DNA from: Nannocystis bainbridge
GTDB lineage: Bacteria; Myxococcota_A; Polyangia; Nannocystales; Nannocystaceae
DNA: 64,000 bases
Direction of reading: 5' to 3'
NCBI RefSeq assembly: GCF_028368995.1
Contig: NZ_JAQNDL010000003.1
Location: 2,496,001-2,560,000 of the forward strand
Within the stretch, counting starts at the first letter, position 1; each line of letters begins with the position of its first letter. Position numbers and translations under genes: made by a program. The notes below the pieces were generated by a model. That model searched no databases and was not told where the DNA came from. It saw only the letters and a program-made list of their open reading frames with translations. Below are positions 39,945 to 54,008 of the stretch, in pieces.

Positions 39945-40166
39945 GCGTGGGTCGCCGCGCCGCCCCGCTCCAGGGGTGGCGCGGCCTCGATCGAGCCGTG
40001 ACACTCGACCGCCACGAGCCGACGAATGTCCGCAGTCGCGGCGAACCTTGTCCCCGCAATTACCTGGTCGTCCGCTGACGACATTTGTCCGGCGAAAACC
40101 TCGCGCGACCTCGCGCGCCCGGCCGCAGCTTGACCCGGCTGCAGACCCGGGCGCACCCTCGGGCCA

Positions 40167-40994
40167 GTGCTCTCGCCTCGACTCGCCGCGATCCGTGCGC
40201 CGATCCTCGTGATCTGGCTCGCCGCGGCGCTGCTCGCCGCGATCGATTTCCTCCGCGACGTCGAGCCCGCCCACGTGCGGCTGGCCCTCTTCATCGCCAC
40301 CGTCGTCGTCGAGGTGCTCGCGCTCGTCACCGCGATGGCCGGGCGGCGCGCCCTTCCTCATGACGATCCGACCCGCGGCGCCAGCACGGCGATCTGCCTC
40401 GGCCTCGCCCTGCGCGTCGCCGCCGAGCTCCGCCTCGGGCTGATGTACCTCTCGGCGGTCCCTGCGGTCATCCTCAAGCGCCCCGCGCTCGCCGACGCCT
40501 TCTTCTACGGTGGCCGCTATTTCTACATCGCCGCCGACCTCGCCCTGCTGCTCGGCGTCGTCCGCACCCTCGGCGGTCTGCGGCGCAGCGGCATCGGCAT
40601 TCGCCCGCGGCCGCGCGACCTCCTGGTCCTGCTATTCGTCATCCCGCTGCCGATCGCGGTCTATGCATTGCAGGTGGACGTCGATCTCTCGTCGGGCGAC
40701 ACCGGCATCATCACCTTCCGCCTGCTCGCCGCTGGTGTCGGCGCCGTCGTCGGTGGTTATTGCATCGCCCTCGCCGGCGCCGCCTTGCAGCTGGGTGGCA
40801 CCTGGGCGTGGATCTGGGGCGCCGCCGGCGTCGCCGGGATCGCCCGCGCGCTCGCCTTCGTCGCCGCCGCCGCCGCCGAGAGCGCGCTGCCGCGGGCCGG
40901 CTCGATCCTCCTCGAGCAGGGCCTGCTGTGGACATTCGCCTGCGCCTGGCTGCTCGCCACCGCGCTGCACTGGCAGCACGTGCGGCGGACCTGA
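40167..40994 (+). CDS. Multi-pass membrane protein
   Basis: About 8 hydrophobic segments. Confidence 0.75.
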   Translation: MLSPRLAAIRAPILVIWLAAALLAAIDFLRDVEPAHVRLALFIATVVVEVLALVTAMAGRRALPHDDPTRGASTAICLGLALRVAAELRLGLMYLSAVPAVILKRPALADAFFYGGRYFYIAADLALLLGVVRTLGGLRRSGIGIRPRPRDLLVLLFVIPLPIAVYALQVDVDLSSGDTGIITFRLLAAGVGAVVGGYCIALAGAALQLGGTWAWIWGAAGVAGIARALAFVAAAAAESALPRAGSILLEQGLLWTFACAWLLATALHWQHVRRT

Positions 40995-41147
40995 TCGCGC
41001 GCCGTCGCCAATCAAAAGCGACTCTCATGATTCGCGCCGCGAGCTCACCGCGGCCTCGCGGACCCACGCTTCAGGTCACGCCCTCGCGCCCGCGAACGCC
41101 TCCACGCGCGCTGATACGCGCCCGCGCCTCGCCGCCCCGGCGTTACG

Positions 41148-42263
<1,116 letters not shown>

Positions 42264-42393
42264 GTCCCGCCGCGGCCACCCGGCCCCGCCCGCGGCGATC
42301 GCTCGCGGACCCGCCCCCATCGGCCCGTCCGGGCGCCCCGGCGACCCGCCCTTGCGCGCCGCGGACGAGCCCCGGCATCATGGGCCCGCACGC

Positions 42394-43134
42394 ATGCACA
42401 GCCGTCACTTGATGCTCGAGAGCCCCGCCATGGGGCGCAAGGTTCACCTGTGGTGTTATGGCCATTTCGGCCCGCCCGTCATCGTCTTCCCCTCGGCCGC
42501 CGGCTTCGCCCACGAGTGGGATCGCCACGGCATGTTCGAGGTCCTCGGCCCGCTCGTGCGCGCCGGCAAGGTCAAGTTCTACTGCCCCGAGAGCAACGTC
42601 TCCCAGGTGTGGACTGACAAGGAGAGCTCGATCGCCGCGCGCATGGAGAAGCACCGCGCCTACGAGTCCTTCATCCTCGACACCCTCGTGCCGTTCATCC
42701 GCGAGGACTGCAACTGGCCGACCGCGCCGATGACCGCCGTCGGCTGCAGCCTCGGCGGCACCTACGCCGCCCTGTTCGCGCTCAAGTACCCCGAGACCTT
42801 CCGCCAGGTGCTGTGCATGAGCGGCCGCTACCTGACCACCGAGCTGACCGGCAAGCACAACGACGCCGAGCTCTACTTCAACAACCCGCTCGCCTTCGTC
42901 CCCGGCCTGCGCGGCGAGCACCTCGAGCGCCTGCGCCGCAACACCCACCTCACCCTCGTGTGCGGCCGCGGGGCCTACGAGGAGGGCTGCATCGAGGAGA
43001 CCATCGCCCTCGGCCAGCTGCTGCGCGAGAAGGACATCCCCAGCGTCACCGACATCTGGGGCCGCGAGTCGCGCCACGAATGGGACTGGTGGCAGCGCCA
43101 GGTCGCCGTCCACCTGCCGCGCCTGCTCGGCTGA
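42394..43134 (+). CDS. Putative esterase (alpha/beta fold)
   Basis: YGHFG.PVIVFP, GCSLGG nucleophile elbow, HEWDWW. Confidence 0.85.
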   Translation: MHSRHLMLESPAMGRKVHLWCYGHFGPPVIVFPSAAGFAHEWDRHGMFEVLGPLVRAGKVKFYCPESNVSQVWTDKESSIAARMEKHRAYESFILDTLVPFIREDCNWPTAPMTAVGCSLGGTYAALFALKYPETFRQVLCMSGRYLTTELTGKHNDAELYFNNPLAFVPGLRGEHLERLRRNTHLTLVCGRGAYEEGCIEETIALGQLLREKDIPSVTDIWGRESRHEWDWWQRQVAVHLPRLLG

Positions 43135-43204
43135 GCCTGATCCTTCGGGCATGTCCCATCGGACATGCTCCTTCGGACCTGTCCTTTCGCACCTGCTCCT
43201 CGGG
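43135..43204. repeat. 14-bp repeat array (5 units) filling the intergenic gap
   Basis: gcctgatccttcgg/gcatgtcccatcgg/acatgctccttcgg/acctgtcctttcgc/acctgctcctcggg. Confidence 0.85.
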
Positions 43205-43211
43205 AACACCC

Positions 43212-44813
43212 ATGCGCCAGAAGCTCGTCGACCTCCTCACCAAGTACCGCTCGCTGCTGCTGGTCGGCGTCGGCCTGCCGGTCGGCTTCGTCTTCGACGC
43301 CGTCCTGCGCCTGCGCGCTCGCGCCTACGAGGCGCTCGGCGCCGCCCCCGAGCGCCACGACGAGAAGGTCCGGGACATCCAGGAGCAGGTGCGGCGCTGG
43401 GCCAGCCAGCCGGCGGGCGAGCGCAAGCCGATGTGCACCGACCGGCGCACGTGGATGAACCTCTCGACCCGGTTCGAGCCCAAGCACACCTGGCACAAGG
43501 TGCGCATGGGTGCCCTGCGCGACGTGCTCGGCCTCGACGAGCAGGCCCGCACCGTCCGCGTCGAGCCGTTCGTCACCGTCGGCCAGGCCATGCGCTACCT
43601 GGCCCAGCGCGGCTACATGCTCGCCGTCCACCTCGAGATCGCCGACGCCACCATCGGCGGCCTCGCGCTCGCGGCCGGCATGACCACCCACTCGCACAAG
43701 GTCGGCATGTTGTTCGAGACCGTCGTCGCCTACGAGGTCGTGCTCGCCGACGGCAACCTCGTGCGCGTCACGAAGGACAGCCACCCCGACCTGTTCCGCG
43801 CCATGGGTTGGTCGCACGGCACGCTCGGGCTCCTCGTCGGCATCGAGCTCGCCGTCGTCCCGATCAAGAAGTACGTGCACATGCGCTACGTCCCGGTCCA
43901 CTCGCAGCAGGGCTACTGCGACGAGATGTACCGCCTCGCCACCGCCGAGGACGCCCCGCACTTCCTCGAGGCCACCGTCTACGCCAAGGACCGCGCCGTC
44001 ATCATGTGCGGCGACTTCGCCGACGAGCCGACCGATCCTGGCGAGCGGGCCAAGATCAACCACGTCGGCCGCTGGTACAAGCCGTGGTTCTACAAGCACG
44101 TCGAGACCTTCGCCGAGCGCGGCGGCGACGAGTACATCCCGCTGCAGGACTACATCCTCCGCCACAACCGCAGCATCTTCTGGGTCGTCGCGCACATGAT
44201 CCCGGAGGGCAACCACCCGCTGTTCCGCGCCTTGCTCGGATGGTTGATGCCGCCGCGGATCGCCTTCTTGAAGTTCTCGACCACCCCTGCGGTGCGCAAG
44301 ATGACCTTCACCATGCAGGTGTTCCAGGACATCGTGCTGCCGATGAGCGCGATGAAGCGGGCGGTCGACCTCGTGGCCGAGAAGTTCGAGATGTTCCCGA
44401 TCTTGCTGTACCCGTCGCGGGTGTACGACCACGGCGAGGCCGGCGGTCAGCTGCCGCGGCCGTTCCCCGAGGACATCGTGCCGGGCACCGACCACGCCAT
44501 GTACTTCGACCTCGGGGTCTACGGCGTGCCCGGGCCGATCCAGCGCGGCCTACCGTTCAAGACCGTGCACGCGATGCGGGCCATGGAGGCGTTCACCGCC
44601 AGCGTGCGCGGGTTTCCGTTCCTGTACGCCGACACCTTCATGACCCGCGACGAGTTCGAGGCCATGTTCGATCTCCGGCTGTACCGCCAGGTCCGCGAAC
44701 GCTACGGCGCCTCGGCCGCTTTTCCCGACCTGTACGACAAGATCAAGCCCGAAGTCGACGTCCTGGCCGTCCTGGACGAGGAGCGCGACCTGGACACCAC
44801 CCTCGCCGACTGA
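43212..44813 (+). CDS. DHCR24: Delta(24)-sterol reductase-like FAD-dependent oxidoreductase
   Basis: HDEKVRDIQEQVRRW, MCT.R..W, YEVVLADG...DLF.A..WSHGTLG, YKPWFYKHVE, EYIPL..Y..RH.RSIFW, GN.P.FR.L.GW..PP, FPDLYDKI match eukaryotic DHCR24/DIMINUTO motifs as I recall them. Confidence 0.85.
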   Translation: MRQKLVDLLTKYRSLLLVGVGLPVGFVFDAVLRLRARAYEALGAAPERHDEKVRDIQEQVRRWASQPAGERKPMCTDRRTWMNLSTRFEPKHTWHKVRMGALRDVLGLDEQARTVRVEPFVTVGQAMRYLAQRGYMLAVHLEIADATIGGLALAAGMTTHSHKVGMLFETVVAYEVVLADGNLVRVTKDSHPDLFRAMGWSHGTLGLLVGIELAVVPIKKYVHMRYVPVHSQQGYCDEMYRLATAEDAPHFLEATVYAKDRAVIMCGDFADEPTDPGERAKINHVGRWYKPWFYKHVETFAERGGDEYIPLQDYILRHNRSIFWVVAHMIPEGNHPLFRALLGWLMPPRIAFLKFSTTPAVRKMTFTMQVFQDIVLPMSAMKRAVDLVAEKFEMFPILLYPSRVYDHGEAGGQLPRPFPEDIVPGTDHAMYFDLGVYGVPGPIQRGLPFKTVHAMRAMEAFTASVRGFPFLYADTFMTRDEFEAMFDLRLYRQVRERYGASAAFPDLYDKIKPEVDVLAVLDEERDLDTTLAD

Positions 44814-45136
44814 CCGGCGGCCTGGGCACCGCCTCGCCGTCCGGAGCCGCCCGGCCGGGCGCCCGGAAGGCCCTGGACGGCGGCCGGCGGCACCGCGACC
44901 GCCGTTCGGCGCGGAACTCACGAGCCCGGTCCGACGCTTCGTTGCGCGCCCGCAAACCTCGTGGTATTTCACGCGCGCACAAACGTTTCTGGCACTCGGC
45001 TCATTTGCACGCTCGTCCCTGAGTTTGTATCGGCCCTTGTCTGGCGACGCTGACCTCGTGAAGCGGTTCTCACGGCGGTCGGGGTGTGAACACGGGACGC
45101 GAGGCGCCCAGGAGCCGCACGCACGAGACGACGCAC

Positions 45137-45631
45137 ATGAGCAACCGACTGTTCGTAGGTAACCTGTCCTTCCAGACCACCGAGGAGGACCTCCAGCAAG
45201 TTTTCGCAGATTTCGGTGAGATCGCCGAGATCCGCCTCGTCCTCGACCGTGAGACCGGTCGTTCGCGTGGCTTCGCCTTCGTGGCGATGGCCGACGACGA
45301 GGCTGCCAAGCGCGCCACCGAAAGCCTCAACGGCCAGATGCTCGACGGCCGCCCGCTCCGCGTGAACGAGGCCGAAGAGCGCCGCGATCGCCCGGGTGGC
45401 GGCGGCGGCGGCGGTGGCGGCGGTAGCCGTCCGTTCGGCGGCGGCGGCGGTGGTGGTAGTCGCGGCGGCGGCGGCGGCTTCGGCGGCGGCGGTGGTGGCT
45501 TCGGCGGCGGCGGCGGCGGTGGCGGTCGCGGTGGCTTCGGCGGCGGCGGCGGTGGCGGTCGTGGCGGCGGCGGTGGCCGTGGCGGCGACCGTGGCGGTCG
45601 CGGCGGTGGCGGCGGCGGCGGTCGCTGGTAG
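45137..45631 (+). CDS. RRM RNA-binding protein with Gly/RGG-rich tail
   Basis: LFVGNL (RNP2), RGFAFV (RNP1), GRPLRVNEA, long Gly-rich tail. Confidence 0.95.
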   Translation: MSNRLFVGNLSFQTTEEDLQQVFADFGEIAEIRLVLDRETGRSRGFAFVAMADDEAAKRATESLNGQMLDGRPLRVNEAEERRDRPGGGGGGGGGGSRPFGGGGGGGSRGGGGGFGGGGGGFGGGGGGGGRGGFGGGGGGGRGGGGGRGGDRGGRGGGGGGGRW

Positions 45632-45813
45632 CCAGCCCCGTCCGTCCTCGACACACAGGACGACGACCCCTCGAGACGCGAGCAGGAGCCCAGCTCCTCG
45701 CTCGCGTTTCGCGCTCGAGCGCCCTGATTTTCTCGCCCGGACCGGCCAGGAGCGATCTCCCCCGCGACCCGCGCCCGGACGCCCCGATACCTGCGGTATT
45801 CTGCGCCTAACGC

Positions 45814-48021
45814 GTGTCTCCCCGCCGCCTCCGTCACGTCGTCCTCGCGGCCAGCCTCGGCGTCGCGGCCCTCGCCCTGGTCGGCGCCGGCCCGCCCGCG
45901 CCCGCCGGCCCGGACGCCCCGTCCGACCAGTTCTCGGCCACCCGCGCCCGCGACGAGCTCGCGCACCTGCTCGGCGACCAGCGCCCGCACCCGGTCGGCT
46001 CCGCCGCCAACGACGCCGTGCGCGCCCGCCTGGTCGCCCGCCTGCGCGCCCTCGGCCTCGAGCCCGAGGAGCAGCGCAGCTTCGCCTGCAGCGACGCCGG
46101 CACCTGCGCCCCGGTGACCAATGTGATCGCCTGGCTCCCGGGACAGGTCGCCGGCCCGGCCCTGGCGATCACCTCGCACTACGACTCGGTCGGCGCCGGC
46201 CCGGGCGCAGCGGATGACGGGCACGGGGTGGCGACGACGCTGGAGCTGCTGCGGATCTTGCTCCCGCTCCCGCGCCATCCGCCGCTGGTGGCGGTGTTCA
46301 CCGACGGCGAGGAGGCCGGCCTGCTCGGCATGCGGGCCTTCGCCGAGCACCCCCGCGCCAGCGAGATCGGCGTCGTCCTCAACCTCGAGGCCCGCGGCAC
46401 CACCGGCGCCGCCAGCATGTTCGAGACCAGCGACGGCAACAGCGCCCTGATCGCCGCGTTCGCCGGCGCCGGCGCCAGCGCCCTCTCACTGTCCTACGAG
46501 ATCTACCGCCGCCTGCCCAACGACACCGATCTCACGGTCGTCAAGCAACACGGCCTTCAGGGCATGAACTTCGCGTTCATCGGCGGCGTGCTGCGCTACC
46601 ACACCCCGCGCGACGACCTCGACCACCTCGACCTCGGCAGCGTGCAGCAGCAAGGCGACGCCGTCCTCGCCACCGCGCGCAACCTGCTGGCCGCCGAGCT
46701 GCCGCCGCCCTCGCCCCACAACGCCCACTACGTCGACCTGCTCGGCCTCTTCTTGCTGCGCTGGCCCGCATGGGTCGACGTCCCGCTGGCCGCCGCCGCC
46801 CTGCTCGCCCTGCTCCTCACCGCGTTTCGCCGCCGCCGCGAGCTGACCCCGCGCGCCGTCCTGCTGGCCCTCGCCGCCCCGTTCGTCGCCGTGCTCGCGG
46901 CCGCCGTCGCCGCGACCGGCCTGCTGCGCGCCGCCGAGGCTCTCACCAACCCGCTCGGCCCCTGGCGCGCCTCCACCTCGCTCGCGCTGCTCGGCCTCGC
47001 CGCCGCCGCCGTCGCTGCCAGCCTCGCCGCCGCCCGCCCGCTGATCCGCCGCGCCGGCCCGCTCGCCCAGTCGCTCGTCACCTGGCTGCTGTGGACCGTG
47101 CTCGCCCTCGTCGTCGCCACCCAGGTCCCCGGCGCCGCGATCCTCCTGCTCGCGCCCGCCGTGCTCGCCGCGATCGCCCCTGCCTCTCGCCTCGCCCCGA
47201 TCGCCGCCGCCCTGCTCGCCGTCGCCGTGTGGGCCCCGCTCGGCCCGGCCCTCGTCGAAGCCCTCGGCCTCGACCCCGTGCTCGTCGGCGCGACCGTCGG
47301 CTGGCTCGTCACCGCCCTGCTCCCCACATGTCCCGAAGAACCTGGTGAAAAGACCCTGTCCCTATGGACATGGTCTTTCGCGCTGGTCGCCCTCCTCGCC
47401 GTCGGCGCCGCCGCCCTCGCCCCGCGCCACGACTTCGACCACCCGAGCAAGGCCAACCTCGTCCACCTCACCGACCTCGACCTCGGCCGCGCCTGGCACG
47501 TCGTCGACGCCCCGGCCGGCGTGCCCGGCCCGCTCGCCGACGCCCTCGCGTGGGACCAGCCGCGCCCGCTGCTGCCGTGGTCGAGCCGCCCCGTGCCCGC
47601 GGCCCCCGCGACCCTGCTGAGCGACGACGGCCCTCGCCTCGAACCGCGGGCTCCGGCCGCGAGCGATCTGCCGGGCCGCCTCGTCATGACCTTGCGGGCT
47701 CGCCCCGGCGCGCTCGGCTCCATGCTCGTCATCCCCGCCGGCGCCGTCGCCACCCTCCGCGTCGGCGGTCGCGTCCTCGAGCCGTCGCGGCTTCGACCTG
47801 GCCCTTCGGACACCCGCATCGTCACCGTGTTCGGCTCCGCGGCCGAGGGCGTCGAGGTCGTCGCAGACATCACCACCGCCGCCGCGTGGACCCTCGTCGA
47901 CATCGCCCCCGGGCTCGCGCCCGACGCCCCGAAGCACGCGCGCCCCGAGTGGGCCGTGCCCTATCAATGGGGTGACTGGATCGCCGCGCGTCGCAGCTTC
48001 ACACCGCCCACCGCGCAATGA
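45814..48021 (+). CDS. Membrane-bound M28 peptidase (ERMP1/Pff1-like)
   Basis: PHPVGS, SHYDSV, GAADDG, DGEEAGLLG, NLEARG, PNDTD, YHTPRD, then multiple TM helices. Confidence 0.9.
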   Translation: MSPRRLRHVVLAASLGVAALALVGAGPPAPAGPDAPSDQFSATRARDELAHLLGDQRPHPVGSAANDAVRARLVARLRALGLEPEEQRSFACSDAGTCAPVTNVIAWLPGQVAGPALAITSHYDSVGAGPGAADDGHGVATTLELLRILLPLPRHPPLVAVFTDGEEAGLLGMRAFAEHPRASEIGVVLNLEARGTTGAASMFETSDGNSALIAAFAGAGASALSLSYEIYRRLPNDTDLTVVKQHGLQGMNFAFIGGVLRYHTPRDDLDHLDLGSVQQQGDAVLATARNLLAAELPPPSPHNAHYVDLLGLFLLRWPAWVDVPLAAAALLALLLTAFRRRRELTPRAVLLALAAPFVAVLAAAVAATGLLRAAEALTNPLGPWRASTSLALLGLAAAAVAASLAAARPLIRRAGPLAQSLVTWLLWTVLALVVATQVPGAAILLLAPAVLAAIAPASRLAPIAAALLAVAVWAPLGPALVEALGLDPVLVGATVGWLVTALLPTCPEEPGEKTLSLWTWSFALVALLAVGAAALAPRHDFDHPSKANLVHLTDLDLGRAWHVVDAPAGVPGPLADALAWDQPRPLLPWSSRPVPAAPATLLSDDGPRLEPRAPAASDLPGRLVMTLRARPGALGSMLVIPAGAVATLRVGGRVLEPSRLRPGPSDTRIVTVFGSAAEGVEVVADITTAAAWTLVDIAPGLAPDAPKHARPEWAVPYQWGDWIAARRSFTPPTAQ
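47326..47381. repeat. 14-bp repeat array (4 units) inside the M28 CDS
   Basis: acatgtcccgaaga/acctggtgaaaaga/ccctgtccctatgg/acatggtctttcgc; codon usage is locally atypical. Confidence 0.65.
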
Positions 48022-48128
48022 TTCGCTGCGACCTTTCGCCCGCGGAAGGTCGCCCTGCGCTCTGGAGCGCGCGCTTGCTGGCCGTCGAGCGCCCATGGTA
48101 GCGTCGCCGCGCTGGAGGCTTGGAAGAC

Positions 48129-50810
<2,682 letters not shown>

Positions 50811-50898
50811 GCCGCAAAACCCGCTTCGGGGCGTGCAGCGATTACACGCCCCGAACCAGAGAACGATCGCTCGGCCGCCTGAAGGTGGCCGCGCGGCT

Positions 50899-52227
50899 TT
50901 AAGGCTCCTTGATCACATCCCCCGGCGCTTCGGGGAGGCGCTTGAACCCAAACGCGACGGTCCCGGGTTCGTTCACCGGCGCGAGGAGCCGAAGCGAGTG
51001 CCGCCCGGGACGCAGCGTGGTCCACCGCGGAGTCCCGCCCTTCTGCGTCTCCATGAAGCCGGTCGAGCAAGCACCACACGGGAAGATCGACACGGCGGTG
51101 TTGGGTTGATCGAACTTCACGTGTATGTCCGGCACGAACGTGGCGAGCTGCTCGTCACCCGCCAGACGCAGCTCGTAGAAGCTCGTCTCATAGATGTCGA
51201 AGGTGAACTCGACGCTCATGCGCCCGTCGTAGGGGCCGATCGTGTCGGCACGCGAGCAGTCGATCTCGGACTCCATCTCGAAGTATTCACCGTTCCACGG
51301 GATCGCCGGCGCGTTGCACTCGCTCAGCAACGCGTCGAAATTACAATCGCTCCATGGATTTGTCAGATCCTGAAACTCAGCGACGCTCTCAGCCAGGGAC
51401 ACGCCCAAGCCGTCGTGAAAGTTTTGATCGATCTGCTCGATCGTCGCATCTGCCGCGACCTCCGAGTACAGGCGAATAAAATCGTCGATGCCATGCCGCC
51501 CGATGAGGTACCCGGCGAACTGTCCCACGACGGGATAGGCTCCGGAGAAGCCGGCCAATTCGCTGTGAGACAGCTCCAACAGATCGAAGATCTCGATATC
51601 GTGTTTGGCATCCTCACGGAACAGTCGACCATCATAGCCTTCGAAGGCAACGGCAGCTCCCTCGGTGAAGAACGGTCGCGGGTGCCTGTCCTTGATCCTG
51701 TAGGTGATATTGTGAATCAGTTCATGGTTCAGCGGCGCCATCGTGGATGCCGACCTGCCGCCGCCCTGCGCACACCCCGACACGTCGGGAATGCTGCAGT
51801 GCTCTTTCAGCGTCTCCGAATCCTTCACCCAGGTGTATCGAATGCGGTCATCTCCGACCGGCGCCTGGACCCCGAAGCGCATGGAAGCTTGCGAGATGAA
51901 GCTGTCCATGTGCTGCATCGTCCCGCCGCACAGTTCGAGCCCCTCGTCGGCGATCACCACGACATGCTCGCCCTCGTAGGAGGGCTGCTCTTGCTCGCCC
52001 GTGCTCGGCTCGGGCCCCTCTGTCGACGGCATGTCGTTGCTCGTCGTCGACTCCGTCCACCCCGCCTCACTCGTGAGAGCTTCCGAGGTCCCCGAGGTGC
52101 TCGACGCGCTCGAGCTCGTCGTGAGAATTTCAGAGCCCGTGGTGCTCTGTTGCGCGACTTCCTCGCCGGCGCAATGCGCCCCGGCGATGCAAACGGCGAC
52201 CATCCGGACCGAGACAGAGATACGCAT
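50899..52227 (-). CDS. Secreted or lipoprotein putative gluzincin-like metallopeptidase
   Basis: Thr/Ser linker, HELIH...FFTEGAA; visibly lower GC3 than neighbours. Start uncertain (52203 or 52227). Confidence 0.7.
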   Translation of the reverse strand: MRISVSVRMVAVCIAGAHCAGEEVAQQSTTGSEILTTSSSASSTSGTSEALTSEAGWTESTTSNDMPSTEGPEPSTGEQEQPSYEGEHVVVIADEGLELCGGTMQHMDSFISQASMRFGVQAPVGDDRIRYTWVKDSETLKEHCSIPDVSGCAQGGGRSASTMAPLNHELIHNITYRIKDRHPRPFFTEGAAVAFEGYDGRLFREDAKHDIEIFDLLELSHSELAGFSGAYPVVGQFAGYLIGRHGIDDFIRLYSEVAADATIEQIDQNFHDGLGVSLAESVAEFQDLTNPWSDCNFDALLSECNAPAIPWNGEYFEMESEIDCSRADTIGPYDGRMSVEFTFDIYETSFYELRLAGDEQLATFVPDIHVKFDQPNTAVSIFPCGACSTGFMETQKGGTPRWTTLRPGRHSLRLLAPVNEPGTVAFGFKRLPEAPGDVIKEP

Positions 52228-52334
52228 CGAGCTCCAGTAGAGTGCGTAATTCCGGGCGCCGTCAACGTCCTCGTCGCACGATCGCGACACCTTCAAGCCC
52301 TGAAACTCGCAGCCCCTTTGAACAGCCCGCGAGG

Positions 52335-53873
52335 TCAGCTCTCCGAACCGGGATCCTCGCCCCGTCGCCGCAGCGCCAGCGCCCCCGCGGCCGCGAGCAA
52401 CGCCCCGGCCCCCGACCCCCCGTCCGCCGTGCAGCCGCATCCGCCGTCGTCGTCCAGCACCCCCCCGCCGCCCGAGTCGGTCGCCTCCGCGTCGGTGCTC
52501 GCGGCCGTCGTGCTCACGCCCGTCGTGCTCACCGCCCCGCTCGTCGGCGCCGCCCCGGTGTCCGAGCTGCCGCCCGACTCCGTCTCCCCGCCGGTCGTCT
52601 CCGGCAGCGGCTCGAACTCGGGGAACGGCCCGCGGATCGCCACCGTCAGGTGGTCGAACATGAGGTTGACGAACATCGTCTTGCCGTCGGGCGAAAAACA
52701 CACCCCGGCGAATTCGCTGTCACTCTTGGCATTGCGGGCAAAGTCGAACACATGCCCCTTGGCGTCGAGCCCACGCACGTAGTTGTCGCCGTTGCCGTCC
52801 TCCGCCATGAACAGCTCGCCCCACGGCGCGACGGTGATGTTGTCCGGATGGTCGAGCACCTCGAGGTCCTCCGAGCGCGCCACCAGCTCGAGCGTCCCCC
52901 CGTCGGGCCCGTCGACCAGTTTGAAGATCTGACCGCCGCCGACCGGCCCCCCGTTCGTCGAGCACACATAGACCGCGCCCTGCCAGTAGACGATGCCCTC
53001 GCCGCGCTTGACCACCGCCGCGCCCTTCGCCTGCGCCTTGGCCCGCACGCTGTCGTCGTTCGGCGTCGGCTCGTCGACATCGACCCACGCGATCGCCACC
53101 ACCTGGCCGACCTCCATGTCCGTCGTCGCGAATCGATCGACCTCGACCGCTCGCAGCGCCTGCAGCTTGCCGGTGAACGGGTCGGCCTTGTCGTCCGGCA
53201 CGAACCGATAGAGGCAGCTGTCGCCGCGATCTTCGGTGAGGTAGGCGACGAACGTGCGCGGATCGATGCAGGCGGCCTCGTGCCTGTACCGCCCATAACC
53301 GGCGATCTGTCGCGGCGGCTGCACGCTCGTCGCCTCCGTCGAGCACAGGTAGGTGTAGCCGTGCTTGCCGTCGACGGTCTCCTCGCACGACAGCCAACCC
53401 CACGGGCTCATGCCACCGGCACAATTACGCAGGGTGCCGAACAACACCAGGTTGCTCGACTTCAGCTCGAGCGTGTCGTTGTCGATCACGAGCCGCGTGA
53501 CCCCGCCCGACGCCCCCGGGTTGTAAGCCTCCGGCGGCACCGGCTGCTCGGGGTAGAGCGGCGTGTGCAAGATGTCGAGCACGCCGAGCTCATGGTTGCG
53601 CATGAGGATGATGGTGCCGTCCGGCCCGGGGAACGCACCCATGGCGTCGGGGAGCCCAGGAGAGCGATAGCCGTCACTCAGCGGATCGAACAACCGAGTC
53701 AAAATTTTATAGGAGAAGCCGGGCGGCAGATCGAGGATGCCGTCCGGGTCGGACACCAGGTCGCCGTATTTCGCAGCCCGGGCGATGCGGTGATAGGTGA
53801 ACGTGAATGGCAGCGCCGCCGAGCCCGCGATCGCCGCCCCGCCGCGCAACAGCCCCCGCCTGCCGAACTTCAT
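52335..53873 (-). CDS. phoX: PhoX family alkaline phosphatase with Tat signal and MYXO-CTERM-like tail
   Basis: GRRGLL, PDAMGAF, RNHE, RNCAGG.SPWG.WLSCEE, HEA, YLTED, PDNIT, SEFAG..FSPDG; GCGC plus TM plus RRR tail. Confidence 0.9.
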   Translation of the reverse strand: MKFGRRGLLRGGAAIAGSAALPFTFTYHRIARAAKYGDLVSDPDGILDLPPGFSYKILTRLFDPLSDGYRSPGLPDAMGAFPGPDGTIILMRNHELGVLDILHTPLYPEQPVPPEAYNPGASGGVTRLVIDNDTLELKSSNLVLFGTLRNCAGGMSPWGWLSCEETVDGKHGYTYLCSTEATSVQPPRQIAGYGRYRHEAACIDPRTFVAYLTEDRGDSCLYRFVPDDKADPFTGKLQALRAVEVDRFATTDMEVGQVVAIAWVDVDEPTPNDDSVRAKAQAKGAAVVKRGEGIVYWQGAVYVCSTNGGPVGGGQIFKLVDGPDGGTLELVARSEDLEVLDHPDNITVAPWGELFMAEDGNGDNYVRGLDAKGHVFDFARNAKSDSEFAGVCFSPDGKTMFVNLMFDHLTVAIRGPFPEFEPLPETTGGETESGGSSDTGAAPTSGAVSTTGVSTTAASTDAEATDSGGGGVLDDDGGCGCTADGGSGAGALLAAAGALALRRRGEDPGSES

Positions 53874-54008
53874 GCACGCCCATGATCGCCAGCTCCAGCC
53901 CCCTCTTCAAGCCCGGCACCGTGACGATCATCACCGCCGCCGCGGCCGGGCTCGCTCCCATACCTGACCTTTGCGACAGCCTCGTCGGCCGGCTTCGCCA
54001 CCTGTCCC

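Noticed and set aside
45395-45625. GGC microsatellite
   Set aside because: It encodes the Gly-rich tail of the RRM protein.
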